IMG/VR virus record: IMGVR_UViG_3300033074_001348 | Coordinates: 13,313 to 77,312 of that record | Reading direction: 5' to 3' (one strand) | DNA: 64,000 nucleotides | Source: a virus | Lineage: Duplodnaviria; Caudoviricetes | Shown here: in pieces, positions 20,001-28,607 of the stretch | Position numbering within the stretch: the first letter of the stretch is position 1 | Layout: the number at the start of each line of letters is the position of its first letter | Made by a program: the position numbers and the translations under genes | Notes under the pieces: generated by a model | What the model was told of the DNA's origin: nothing | Database searches by the model: none | Seen by the model: the letters and a program-made list of their open reading frames with translations, nothing else

Positions 20001-21419
20001 ATGGGCTGCAACTGTACTGCTAATTTAAGGGCTGATATCATCAAGAGATTTTTTGCAAACGACGCAAGGCGCCATGAGTTTGCATTGGAATTGATACGGA
20101 TTGTAGAGTGTCAGCAAACAGTCATGTCGCTCGATTTGCAAGAGTGGTTTCGCATCTATTTTGGCTTCTCAGATATTTTGTTTGAGGAGTTTTTAGCTTG
20201 TGTAATGAAGCGCCAAACTACTATGTCTGCTGAATTGCAAAAAGTAATCCGGTCACGATATTTCCCGACATCTCAGCAAATGGCACTTGACTTTATAAGG
20301 GTGGTGCTTTGTGCGTGCTGCCCGGGGCTTTGCGGAACAGATTTATTTATCATCAATACAAGCAACAATTATACGGTTGATGGGTGGTATTTAGACCAGA
20401 ACGCATCTAATATAGTTTACATGGAATCTGGTGAGATTACCGAAACAGTTCCTTGTGAAAGTGGCATTGCCGAGTACGGGCACTCCGATGGGAGGTCGTA
20501 TGAGTATCCGCATTATTTTAACGGAGGTGTTTGGACTTACTTAATTAAGGTGACGCAAGAACTTGTTTCAGGAACAGAATATAACTTAACTGTTGAGCTT
20601 GACACTACCTATAATTGGGGCGTTGCTTCGGGGGTATTACAGTATTCTGTTGATAATGGGGCTACATATATTGACATTCGCACGTTTGAGTATTCGCCAT
20701 CGTCTTTACCTCCTTATCCATTTACATTTGATGAAGGAACTAATGACTTCATTTTAAGGACTATCGTGACGCTTGAAAATGGCTGTCAGTTCTTTAATCC
20801 TTCTCAATCTCAGGATCAGCCGTTCGCCTGTTACAACTATGTCGAGTTCGAGGACACTACCGGTAATGCGTTCTTAAATTGGACGATCAACGGAGTGGCT
20901 ATGGATAACTTTAACGACATGGTGACTTTTTTCAGGGCTCTTGGGGATAATAATGATGGTGGCGTGGGGTATGATTTCACTACTGGAAATAAATTATTTT
21001 GTTGGTATGTAGGCAATACCACACCACCGGCACTAACGGTACTGGATTTCTTTGGAGACCCCGTTGCTTATACATGGGTTTCCCTTGGTTGCGGGGCTCC
21101 TGTATTGTCGAGCTACGAGACTACATTTACTGTGAGTGACGCTTCTGACTGCGCCATATACACGCTTACATTTTTATCTGGCGCATACTTGATATTAACG
21201 CAAACTACATCTGGAACTTACTTTACAAGTCCGGGTTACGATGTGGCTATTACTGCTGCTTATGACGATTTGTTAGGTCAAAATATTACCGTAGATTTGA
21301 CGGTGGTTGGGAATGACGTAACTATAAGAGTGAATAACTGCTACATACCTATTGAATCTATGCAATGGGGTAATTCTGATTTGTCGCAGAGTGGAACCGG
21401 AACATTTAGCCCTGTATAA
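20001..21419 (+). CDS. Putative structural/tail protein (472 aa)
   Basis: Cys-rich helical N-terminus with an internal repeat, followed by beta-sandwich-like segments. Confidence 0.5.
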   Translation: MGCNCTANLRADIIKRFFANDARRHEFALELIRIVECQQTVMSLDLQEWFRIYFGFSDILFEEFLACVMKRQTTMSAELQKVIRSRYFPTSQQMALDFIRVVLCACCPGLCGTDLFIINTSNNYTVDGWYLDQNASNIVYMESGEITETVPCESGIAEYGHSDGRSYEYPHYFNGGVWTYLIKVTQELVSGTEYNLTVELDTTYNWGVASGVLQYSVDNGATYIDIRTFEYSPSSLPPYPFTFDEGTNDFILRTIVTLENGCQFFNPSQSQDQPFACYNYVEFEDTTGNAFLNWTINGVAMDNFNDMVTFFRALGDNNDGGVGYDFTTGNKLFCWYVGNTTPPALTVLDFFGDPVAYTWVSLGCGAPVLSSYETTFTVSDASDCAIYTLTFLSGAYLILTQTTSGTYFTSPGYDVAITAAYDDLLGQNITVDLTVVGNDVTIRVNNCYIPIESMQWGNSDLSQSGTGTFSPV

Positions 21420-21420
21420 C

Positions 21421-21546
21421 ATGAAAAAGATTTTAATAGCCATTTTTGCCATACCATTTATGCTCCTGTATAGCATTTTTCTATTTGCTTGCGGGGTTAG
21501 TGCGTCTACTCAAAACAAAACCGATCAATACGACATCTATCTATGA
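21421..21546 (+). CDS. Small hydrophobic/signal-like peptide (41 aa)
   Basis: ATG 1 nt after the previous stop; MKKILIAIFAIPFMLLYSIFLFAC...; ATGA overlap with the next gene. Confidence 0.45.
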   Translation: MKKILIAIFAIPFMLLYSIFLFACGVSASTQNKTDQYDIYL

Positions 21547-22877
21547 AAAAAACCATCACCATCTTTATTCTGCTCTTTGTTGCATACTTCGCAGCACAGA
21601 GTCAATCTGTCAGGGACGAATATTTTAAAATCGTTGGAAAGCCGACTATTGTTGCGCCCACATTAGGCTCTTACTCGGTTGACTTTACCAACAAACAAGT
21701 TTGGCGATCCACCTCTAAAACTACCGCACAATGGACGCTTGAAACAGATACCAATATTATTAAAATGTACCTCGGTGGACGGGATGGAAAAGATGGCGCA
21801 GTTGGGCCACAAGGTCCTGCCGGTCGGGACGGAGTTTGTCCAAGTTGCCCTCCAACGAGCGGTGGTGGTATGTCATTCCCTTATAATATAGTCGTTGGCA
21901 CTGGTGATGATGCAGCTACCATGAATGCTGCTATCGCTGCTAACGTGAGTAACAACAAACCAATTTACTTAGTTGGCAATATAAATACAGGCATTTTAAC
22001 AGTTCCTAAAAATGCTTTTCGGCTCACCATAATTGGTTACGGGTCAAAATGGTACGGTGGATTAAAGCGCACTACACCCGCAAATAATGGAGAGGCAAAC
22101 GAATACATTGTCGCTCGCTTCATCATTGAAGGAATCGAATTTGTGGGAAGTCAAAATCAGGTCGCTTTGGATTTAGGGGCATCTTACATGAGCGCATACC
22201 GTGATTTAAAGTTTGACGGATTTTTGGAAGCGATACATCTGAGATTTGCTCTGAGAACATTAATTGAAAACTGCGAGGCGGTTAATTGCGTCAACGGATT
22301 TATTGCAGACATGGGAAATTGGACGGGTGCGGATAATGCAAACAGTCAATCCAATCACACCACATTTACTGATTGCCGTGCTTATATGCCATCCAATGGT
22401 CAAGTGGCATACGGAATTTATGCAGCTTCCGGTTGCGTGGTTCGGGATTGTATCATTGAAGGATTTGTCGTATCAAAGGGAATTGATTTTAACGGTAGAA
22501 ACTCCAATGTGGTTAAAGATTTTACCATTGAAAACGTGCATTTTGAATGTGTGAATGGTGCGACAACCGCATTTATCAACATAGAATCATTTGCCGGTGG
22601 TACAGTAACTATTAATAAGGCATTTGGGCAACACGCTTCGATGTTTCTAAAAGCAAATAGCACATCAGGACTTGGATTTGTTGACATTTCCAACGTTCCG
22701 TGGTGGGTTGCAAAAGGCGGTAAATATTTCAATACTTCAAATATTACTTTAAACTTTAAATACAACGAAGCATTCAGAGGAATAAACGCCTCTATGTGGG
22801 AAGGTACAGCCCCACAATTATGCGGTGGAAGTGGATGCGGTTACAACCGTTACACCTACACCGATATACCCCGTTAA
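21543..22877 (+). CDS. Secreted pectin-lyase-like beta-helix protein, paralog of the tailspike C-terminal domain (444 aa)
   Basis: Signal peptide MKKTITIFILLFVAYFAAQS, short collagen GXY run, and beta-helix repeats that align by eye with the 17844 ORF. Confidence 0.65.
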   Translation: MKKTITIFILLFVAYFAAQSQSVRDEYFKIVGKPTIVAPTLGSYSVDFTNKQVWRSTSKTTAQWTLETDTNIIKMYLGGRDGKDGAVGPQGPAGRDGVCPSCPPTSGGGMSFPYNIVVGTGDDAATMNAAIAANVSNNKPIYLVGNINTGILTVPKNAFRLTIIGYGSKWYGGLKRTTPANNGEANEYIVARFIIEGIEFVGSQNQVALDLGASYMSAYRDLKFDGFLEAIHLRFALRTLIENCEAVNCVNGFIADMGNWTGADNANSQSNHTTFTDCRAYMPSNGQVAYGIYAASGCVVRDCIIEGFVVSKGIDFNGRNSNVVKDFTIENVHFECVNGATTAFINIESFAGGTVTINKAFGQHASMFLKANSTSGLGFVDISNVPWWVAKGGKYFNTSNITLNFKYNEAFRGINASMWEGTAPQLCGGSGCGYNRYTYTDIPR

Positions 22878-22912
22878 TTATCATACACTAACCCCTCAAC
22901 ACCCCCTGTTAG

Positions 22913-23227
22913 ATGGCGTGGCGTATGTCAAAAGAAGCAACTGAGAAAGGAGGCGAATGGCTCTACCGTGCTGTCATGGCTGCGTTCGTCGTTTCTATGT
23001 GGACAAAAATCGACTCTATCGCTGTGATCGAGTCAAGGGTATCTACTCTTGAGCGAAGAACAGATAAGATTGAGGACGCTTTATTTGCTCCTGCCTTTGA
23101 TCGTAAAAAACGCATGGAGTCGCATCTTCGTGAGACGGACTCTGTGTATAATGTTTACGTGGAGAATCTTAACGACTCTCAGCATCAACTTATTTTGATA
23201 GACAGCCTGCTTACTGCATCTAACTAA
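22913..23227 (+). CDS. Holin/antiholin-like single-TM protein (104 aa)
   Basis: One N-terminal hydrophobic helix plus a coiled coil; start of the lysis cassette. Confidence 0.45.
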   Translation: MAWRMSKEATEKGGEWLYRAVMAAFVVSMWTKIDSIAVIESRVSTLERRTDKIEDALFAPAFDRKKRMESHLRETDSVYNVYVENLNDSQHQLILIDSLLTASN

Positions 23228-23247
23228 CCATTAAAACTATAAAAACT

Positions 23248-23667
23248 ATGAAAACAATTATTGCAATTATTAAGGCTGCGCTCACAAAGTTCAGCATGAT
23301 TAACATGACGCAATTTATCGGTATTGCTACCCTGATTGTGTCTTCGTGGCAAGGGGCAAATCTGATTAGCGCATCGGCTGTGCTGCTCATTACTTCTGCA
23401 CTGACGCTCATTCTGAAATTATGGCAAAGCACCAAAGAGCTCGTATCAACCGGCTATCAAATGGACTGGGCGGTATGGCTATCAGGTATTGGTGGCTTGG
23501 TGATAGGCTTCGTTGATAGCTTCATTACTGACGGCAGCATTATGTCGTGGCTATTTGGGGATAAAGCGAATATTGCTTTAATGATTTATATGGCCATTAC
23601 GATCATACTCCGAACCGGCTTCTCTAACCAGTCCGTCAATTCAGTAAGTGCCCGTAAAGCACGATGA
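23248..23667 (+). CDS. Putative holin (139 aa, multi-TM)
   Basis: About four hydrophobic helices and a basic C-terminus; upstream of the endolysin. Confidence 0.6.
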   Translation: MKTIIAIIKAALTKFSMINMTQFIGIATLIVSSWQGANLISASAVLLITSALTLILKLWQSTKELVSTGYQMDWAVWLSGIGGLVIGFVDSFITDGSIMSWLFGDKANIALMIYMAITIILRTGFSNQSVNSVSARKAR

Positions 23668-24215
23668 AGGGTTGGATTCCTCTGACCATAACAGGAGTGG
23701 TAGCAATATTGTTCCTGTTATGGTACTTTGATCCAAAGGGTAGGTTTACCGAGAAGGTGGACTCAAGAGATACTACTGTCATCAATCTGCCTCCGGTATC
23801 CATATCCATTCCACCCTCTTCGGCTCCATCCATCATCTATCAACCCATTCCGGCAAACGTAGACTCTCTTGCTATTGTAAGGGATTACTTTGCCATGCGA
23901 TCCTATGCCGATAGCAGCGAGAACGATACGGTGAAGATTATGGTGTATGAAAAGGTAGGGCAGAACAAAATTATTGACAGGAGGCTTGACTGGAAGTTAA
24001 AAATACCGATTACGACTGTAATAGAGCAGCACACAGCGTCAAGAAGGATGCTGCTGATTGGCGGGTCGGTTTACAGGGATAGTCTTACCACAGGGCTTTA
24101 TTTTAACGCTGCGTACAAAAACAAAAGGGATTGGATGTTTATTGGAGGATACGATCCTTTTACAAAAACTGGCATGGGCGGAGTGCTGATGCCGATAAAA
24201 TTAAGAACAGATTAA
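23664..24215 (+). CDS. Putative spanin-like lysis protein (183 aa)
   Basis: N-terminal TM anchor, Pro-rich linker, and amphipathic beta-strand C-terminus; lies between holin and endolysin. Confidence 0.45.
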   Translation: MKGWIPLTITGVVAILFLLWYFDPKGRFTEKVDSRDTTVINLPPVSISIPPSSAPSIIYQPIPANVDSLAIVRDYFAMRSYADSSENDTVKIMVYEKVGQNKIIDRRLDWKLKIPITTVIEQHTASRRMLLIGGSVYRDSLTTGLYFNAAYKNKRDWMFIGGYDPFTKTGMGGVLMPIKLRTD

Positions 24216-24228
24216 AACTGGGAGGGGT

Positions 24229-24711
24229 ATGGCAACAGACAGAAAGAAAATTATCGCTGAGTTTGGCGATCCGAGGGCAGACGAAAAGGCCTTTGTAAAA
24301 AAATGGATGGTGGTTTTTAATATCGGTAATCATTTTCCGTCACTACCGTTCAAAAAAGTTTATGTCAATTCGGTGTTGATACCACCAATTATTGAGACAT
24401 TCAAATTACTTTCCACAAGAGGTCTGCTTGGCGAGATCAAAAAATATGACGGCTGTTTTTTGGTTCGGTGCATCAGGGGTTATGAAAATCCGTGTGTCCC
24501 ATCTATTCATTCATGGGGCTTGGCGATTGATTTTAACGCATCAGACAACCCGCTTGGATTAAGCCGTGAGCAATGTATCAAAAAGGGATTAAAGCCGTTC
24601 TCAGAGGCATTTTTTCAGGTATGGAGAGAAACAGGTTGGGTGGTAGGTTATGACTTTAGCCGTAAAGACGGGATGCACTTTCAATGGACTAAGAAGTGGG
24701 ACACCGCTTAA
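24229..24711 (+). CDS. Endolysin, M15-family peptidase (160 aa)
   Basis: Zn-binding motifs SIHSWGLAIDFN and DGMHFQ. Confidence 0.85.
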   Translation: MATDRKKIIAEFGDPRADEKAFVKKWMVVFNIGNHFPSLPFKKVYVNSVLIPPIIETFKLLSTRGLLGEIKKYDGCFLVRCIRGYENPCVPSIHSWGLAIDFNASDNPLGLSREQCIKKGLKPFSEAFFQVWRETGWVVGYDFSRKDGMHFQWTKKWDTA

Positions 24712-24745
24712 AACCGAGAAGGTGTTTCTGAATGTGGTGAAGGGG

Positions 24746-24814
24746 TAATATCACGAACCTTTAACTGGTTGCAAATAAGCCTGTTGAAGATAAAGCTTCG
24801 TATATCTGATGTTA
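24746..24814 (+). repeat. 69-bp direct repeat copy 1 (attI-like site heading array A)
   Basis: Identical to 31155-31223; ends in GTTA exactly at the first cassette boundary (G24811). Confidence 0.85.
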
Positions 24815-24823
24815 TACACAACC

Positions 24824-25567
24824 TTAAAAAGACAGCGTTCCAATTGAAAGTTTTTGACTAATTCTATGGATTGCTTTGTCGTAATAAAATGTGTCTTTTT
24901 CAATTCCTGTAAGGTGCAAATTCATTTTATCCAATTTGTTTACCTTATCAACCGCCAACGCTATTGAACCACTACCAAAATGCGTATCAATGATTTTATC
25001 ACCATTGTTAGCATAGTTTTTCAAAAGCCATTCATAAAGCTGTATTGGTTTTTCGTTGGGGTGTATGCGTTCTTGCTTTTCTTTCATATTTTGCTGAAGC
25101 ATTCCGTGCCATTTCCATTTAAACTTTCTTACCGCTGTTTTAAATGAAGTCCAAGCAAGCTCACAATCGGCAAAATCATTGTTCCCGTTTTCTTTATCCC
25201 AAACTATCCAGCAACTACTATCAATAGGTAATTTTGAAATAAAATGATTTGCACCCCAAACAATTTGATTTTTAGAAATTCTGCGTAATTCATTCCAATA
25301 TTCAGATTCAGGAGCTGTTAAATCATTTCCTGAATAAGCCTTATAATCTTTGCTTTTTGCCATTACGCTACGAGTGTGATTTTTTGAGCCATCTTCGCCA
25401 ATTCCATACGGAACATCTACTATTGCTAAATCAAATTGTTTATCCTCAAAATCTCGCATTTTATCCAAGCAATCCGAAAGATATACGTCCAAAAAAGGCT
25501 GTGTATAACATCGGTTTGCCGTAATGGCGGTTGAAGTGCTACTATTGAGCTTTTGTGCTGTATTCAT
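24824..25567 (-). CDS. DNA methyltransferase, N6-A/N4-C beta class (cassette A1)
   Basis: DLAIVDVPYG catalytic motif variant, HPNEKP, and DTHFGSGS SAM motif. Confidence 0.85.
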   Translation of the reverse strand: MNTAQKLNSSTSTAITANRCYTQPFLDVYLSDCLDKMRDFEDKQFDLAIVDVPYGIGEDGSKNHTRSVMAKSKDYKAYSGNDLTAPESEYWNELRRISKNQIVWGANHFISKLPIDSSCWIVWDKENGNNDFADCELAWTSFKTAVRKFKWKWHGMLQQNMKEKQERIHPNEKPIQLYEWLLKNYANNGDKIIDTHFGSGSIALAVDKVNKLDKMNLHLTGIEKDTFYYDKAIHRISQKLSIGTLSF

Positions 25568-25636
25568 CTTTTCTACTTTTATTTAACTTTTGTACTAAAT
25601 TGTCCGCCACTAACGGCAAGCCGTGAACCGTTAGGC
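25503..25636 (+). repeat. attC-like site A1 (134 bp)
   Basis: GTATAAC-arm ggtttgccgtaatggcgg ... ccgccactaacggcaagcc-GTTAGGC. Confidence 0.8.
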
Positions 25637-25645
25637 GTAATGCCA

Positions 25646-26269
25646 TTAGCGTATCCATTCAATAGTTGGTTTGCCGACATAATCCTTGTCCCAAACATAC
25701 CAAGCATAAGCAATCATACCGCTATTCTTCATTTTTACCCCACCTTTGTATAAAGTAACTCGTTTGCTAAATTGGTAAACAGTTTTTAGAGGAAATTCCT
25801 TGTCCTGAAACATCTCATATCTGCTCTCACTTTCCAACCAAACAGTTTTTAAAAACATAGCAATCTTCTTTCTACCTTGCTTTTTTGCTTTCAATACAAA
25901 GTCAAGTGCTAATTTGTAAGGTGGGTTTGTAACTATGTTATCAGCAACTAAATCACTTTGCAAAAAATCAAGTTGTTCACCATATCCTCTATTTATCAAG
26001 TCGGTGCTAATAACTTCAAATCCTTTGTTTTTAAAAACTTCGCTTATATCTCCTTCGCCACAAGCACATTCCCAAATATTTCCGCTAAAAACTTCTCGTT
26101 TCAAAAGTTCTTCTACTGCATAAGGTGGTGTGGGGTAAAAATCCTCCGCTTCACGTTCTCCATTATTTCTGCTCGAACCAACTATTGATAGAGCTTTCGT
26201 GGAAGGCACTACGCCTAACACGGGTTTGGCAAAATTGCCGTTTTCGTTTTCAAATAAACTTTCTGTCAT
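25646..26269 (-). CDS. Putative adenine DNA methyltransferase (cassette A2)
   Basis: WECACGEG SAM motif and TNPPY catalytic motif. Confidence 0.8.
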   Translation of the reverse strand: MTESLFENENGNFAKPVLGVVPSTKALSIVGSSRNNGEREAEDFYPTPPYAVEELLKREVFSGNIWECACGEGDISEVFKNKGFEVISTDLINRGYGEQLDFLQSDLVADNIVTNPPYKLALDFVLKAKKQGRKKIAMFLKTVWLESESRYEMFQDKEFPLKTVYQFSKRVTLYKGGVKMKNSGMIAYAWYVWDKDYVGKPTIEWIR

Positions 26270-26338
26270 AATATCATCTTTTGTTTTTCAATTTAACTTT
26301 TGTGTTCGGCAACTTCGCCAAGCCCGATACCGTTAGCG
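26213..26338 (+). repeat. attC-like site A2 (126 bp)
   Basis: GCCTAAC-cgggtttggcaaaattgccg ... cggcaacttcgccaagcccg-GTTAGCG. Confidence 0.8.
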
Positions 26339-26356
26339 GTAATGCCAACAGACACC

Positions 26357-26857
26357 CTAAAATGGCAATCCATCGGACGGACTTTTATTGTCATCATAAT
26401 TTATTTTAGGCAACCTATCAGGGTTATCAAAAATATTTCCATCTACCTGCATATCACTACCGAAATAATCAATCATTGGAACTAAACTGCTATGGTTTTT
26501 GTAGTAAGAATTATCAATGCACCAACATCCAGTATCTTTATTGTAAACAACAGGATAATAACCAACAATTTTATTTCCTTCTTCGTCCGTTTCTTCATCT
26601 CTTAAAAAATCGCCTTCATAAATTAAGTTGCCAGCCCTATCTGAAACCATTGTGCAAATTGATATTCCAGTAGTATAGCTATCTACTAAAATATGGTCGC
26701 CAGTTCCAAGTTCTTCATTATCTCTTACTATGAAGTTTTGGTTTACGCCTCTATCGCAATTATTGTATAAGTCGCCAAAAACCCATAATCCGTTTGACTT
26801 TGCTCTGTAATGTGTATTTATCATTTGTTTAAATTTAATCATTTTAACAAGGCACAT
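26357..26857 (-). CDS. YopX-like protein (cassette A3)
   Basis: RAKSNGLWVFGDL...IYEGDFL...GNIFDNPD pattern of the YopX family. Confidence 0.7.
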   Translation of the reverse strand: MCLVKMIKFKQMINTHYRAKSNGLWVFGDLYNNCDRGVNQNFIVRDNEELGTGDHILVDSYTTGISICTMVSDRAGNLIYEGDFLRDEETDEEGNKIVGYYPVVYNKDTGCWCIDNSYYKNHSSLVPMIDYFGSDMQVDGNIFDNPDRLPKINYDDNKSPSDGLPF

Positions 26858-26859
26858 AC

Positions 26860-26990
26860 CGCTAACATAGTGTTGCCAAAATGGGGGCAGAAGTGCATTT
26901 AATGAACATTTGTACTGTGTTCAGCAGTAGTGCTTTTAATGGGTTTTTGTGCTATAAATCCCCCACTTCGGCAACACTCGACCGTTATGA
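26860..26990 (+). repeat. attC-like site A3 (131 bp)
   Basis: CGCTAAC-agtgttgccaaaatgggg ... ccccacttcggcaacact-GTTATGA. Confidence 0.8.
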
Positions 26991-27203
26991 GAAATGCTCA
27001 GACTGAACTTCCTCAATCAAGTAAAACTTCTCCCACATACTTTTTGCCCACTCTTCGGCTTGGTGTCTATGTTGAAACACCGCTATAATTTTATTACTCC
27101 CAATATCCAAACGTTCTGCATCTGGAATGACTGCAAAAGCACTTCTCATAACAGCCGTTTGCTGCAATGGCGGGTTCTGTGGTAAATTTGATGTTTCTTG
27201 CAT
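26985..27203 (-). CDS. Hypothetical protein (cassette A4)
   Basis: Starts in the loop of site A4; the stop TAA is the complement of the GTTA core at 26984. Confidence 0.6.
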   Translation of the reverse strand: MQETSNLPQNPPLQQTAVMRSAFAVIPDAERLDIGSNKIIAVFQHRHQAEEWAKSMWEKFYLIEEVQSEHFS

Positions 27204-27277
27204 TTTATTAAATTTTGTGGTTAAACGAAAGTCAGTGCTTGTAATCCGCCACTGGCAGCAATGCTTTTACGTTATGA
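27146..27277 (+). repeat. attC-like site A4 (132 bp)
   Basis: TCATAAC-ttgctgcaatggcgg ... ccgccactggcagcaa-GTTATGA. Confidence 0.8.
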
Positions 27278-27308
27278 GAAATTTTAAAAACCTTTCCCCC
27301 GCACCGTT

Positions 27309-27692
27309 CTAATCATCATCTTGCGTTGACAAAGAAAATGTTTCACCATCTTCAATATTCATAATTTTGACACCGCAAGAACCGTATTCAGCAATCCACA
27401 TTGGGGTATTTTCATCCATATAAAAATCACCGCCTTTGTATCCCGTAAAAGTTTGTCCTAAACATTCATTTTTTAGTTGTTCAACCAAACTTGCAACGGT
27501 TCTTGTTCCGCTTCCTTTTTCAAGTGCTAAATCTGAATAATATCCACGATATGAATGTGGTTCACATACGTTTTCAATTTCTTTGTCTTGTGGTAGTTTT
27601 TCAAGTTCTGAAATAAATCTACCAAGTGTCATTTGTGATAAAGAACGTTCTGCTCTCCATCCTTTGCTTAATTCATTAAATAATTCTTGCAT
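27309..27692 (-). CDS. Hypothetical protein (cassette A5)
   Basis: ORF track begins at GTG 27749; the ATG at 27692 (MQELF) has an A-rich leader and is the likelier start. Confidence 0.6.
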   Translation of the reverse strand: MQELFNELSKGWRAERSLSQMTLGRFISELEKLPQDKEIENVCEPHSYRGYYSDLALEKGSGTRTVASLVEQLKNECLGQTFTGYKGGDFYMDENTPMWIAEYGSCGVKIMNIEDGETFSLSTQDDD

Positions 27693-27740
27693 AATATTTT
27701 GTTTTTTAAATGCCCACCCTAAAAGGTTTTTAAAACTATC

Positions 27741-27834
27741 CCATAACACGGGTTTGGCAAAATGCCGCAGGACAGTTAGTGCTAAATTTCAAGTTTCAAG
27801 TAGCGGCACTTCGCAAAGCCCGAAACCGTTATGT
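27741..27834 (+). repeat. attC-like site A5 (94 bp)
   Basis: CCATAAC-cgggtttggcaaaatgccgc ... gcggcacttcgcaaagcccg-GTTATGT. Confidence 0.8.
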
Positions 27835-27846
27835 GAGATTGCTAAA

Positions 27847-28065
27847 TTATCGTTTATAATAATGTTTTCTAACACCTAAACCTTCTGATTTTAAATGCTT
27901 AAAATTTAATCTTTCTTTTAAGTTATCAAATTGTCTTGAGGTAATGCTGTGTTTTTTAATATCATTTGAATTTCTTAATTCATAAATAGTTCTTTTATTA
28001 TATTGTATCTGTACTAAAACATCATTATCTTCTAATAATTTTTCTAATTCTTTTATTGTCATCAC
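27847..28065 (-). CDS. Hypothetical protein (cassette A6)
   Basis: ORF fills the cassette body. Confidence 0.55.
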   Translation of the reverse strand: MMTIKELEKLLEDNDVLVQIQYNKRTIYELRNSNDIKKHSITSRQFDNLKERLNFKHLKSEGLGVRKHYYKR

Positions 28066-28091
28066 ATTTTGTTTTAAAAACCCACAACCTC

Positions 28092-28224
28092 ACATAACAA
28101 GTGTTTGGCAAAAAAGCGGGTTCGGTTATTAATTTAATGTTTGTTTTATATTTGAATGTTTAGTAATTAATCGGAAATTCCGTTTTTTCTTTCCGCTTCT
28201 TCGCCAAGCACTCGGACGTTACCT
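28092..28224 (+). repeat. attC-like site A6 (133 bp)
   Basis: ACATAAC-agtgtttggcaaaaaagcgg ... ccgcttcttcgccaagcact-GTTACCT. Confidence 0.8.
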
Positions 28225-28596
28225 GCTACCTTTCAGACGCTCAATTTCGGAAAGCAGACTATCAACGATTAACAGGCTTTTTTCAACCCACTCAACAGGC
28301 ACATCGTCCTCTAAAAATTTCTTATGGGTTTCAGTATAGTGGTCGTGGCTAATTAAACCAAGTGAACAAACCAGCCCTTTGCTATCAGGTGCAGTTAATG
28401 CCCAATGCTTCAAACTAAATTCCCTGCCAGTTCTTGAATTGACATAGGGCAATTCATAGCATTTATGCCACTTCCAACTATCAGGTAATTGATTTCTGAG
28501 TTTCATAATTTCCTCTACCGATAAGGCAGCAGGTAACACGGGTTTGGCAAAATCGGGGCTTCCGGCTTCATTTGAAATTATTTCTTTCTCTTTCAT
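28219..28596 (-). CDS. Hypothetical protein (cassette A7)
   Basis: The stop overlaps the GTTA core; the N-terminus reads through the half site (FAKPVL). Confidence 0.6.
   Translation of the reverse strand: MKEKEIISNEAGSPDFAKPVLPAALSVEEIMKLRNQLPDSWKWHKCYELPYVNSRTGREFSLKHWALTAPDSKGLVCSLGLISHDHYTETHKKFLEDDVPVEWVEKSLLIVDSLLSEIERLKGSR
28531..28558 (+). repeat. Half attC-like site A7 (left arm only)
   Basis: AGGTAAC-cgggtttggcaaaatcgggg, with no matching right arm or GTT core seen downstream. Confidence 0.65.
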
Positions 28597-28607
28597 TGGT
28601 GAGGTTA

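Larger units (their letters stand above)
24811..28596 (+). mobile_element. Integron-like gene-cassette array A (7 cassettes)
   Basis: GTT cores at 24811, 25630, 26332, 26984, 27271, 27828 and 28218. Each cassette ends in a complementary ...TAAC followed by a hairpin; the seventh has only a half hairpin. Confidence 0.8.

Noticed and set aside
15348-22877. Diversity-generating retroelement acting on the tail fibres
   Set aside because: I recognised no reverse transcriptase and saw no adenine-specific TR/VR repeat pair.
114-24711. Stop-codon reassignment as seen in some crAss-like phages
   Set aside because: Long uninterrupted ORFs in the standard code, with TAA, TAG and TGA all ending tightly packed genes.
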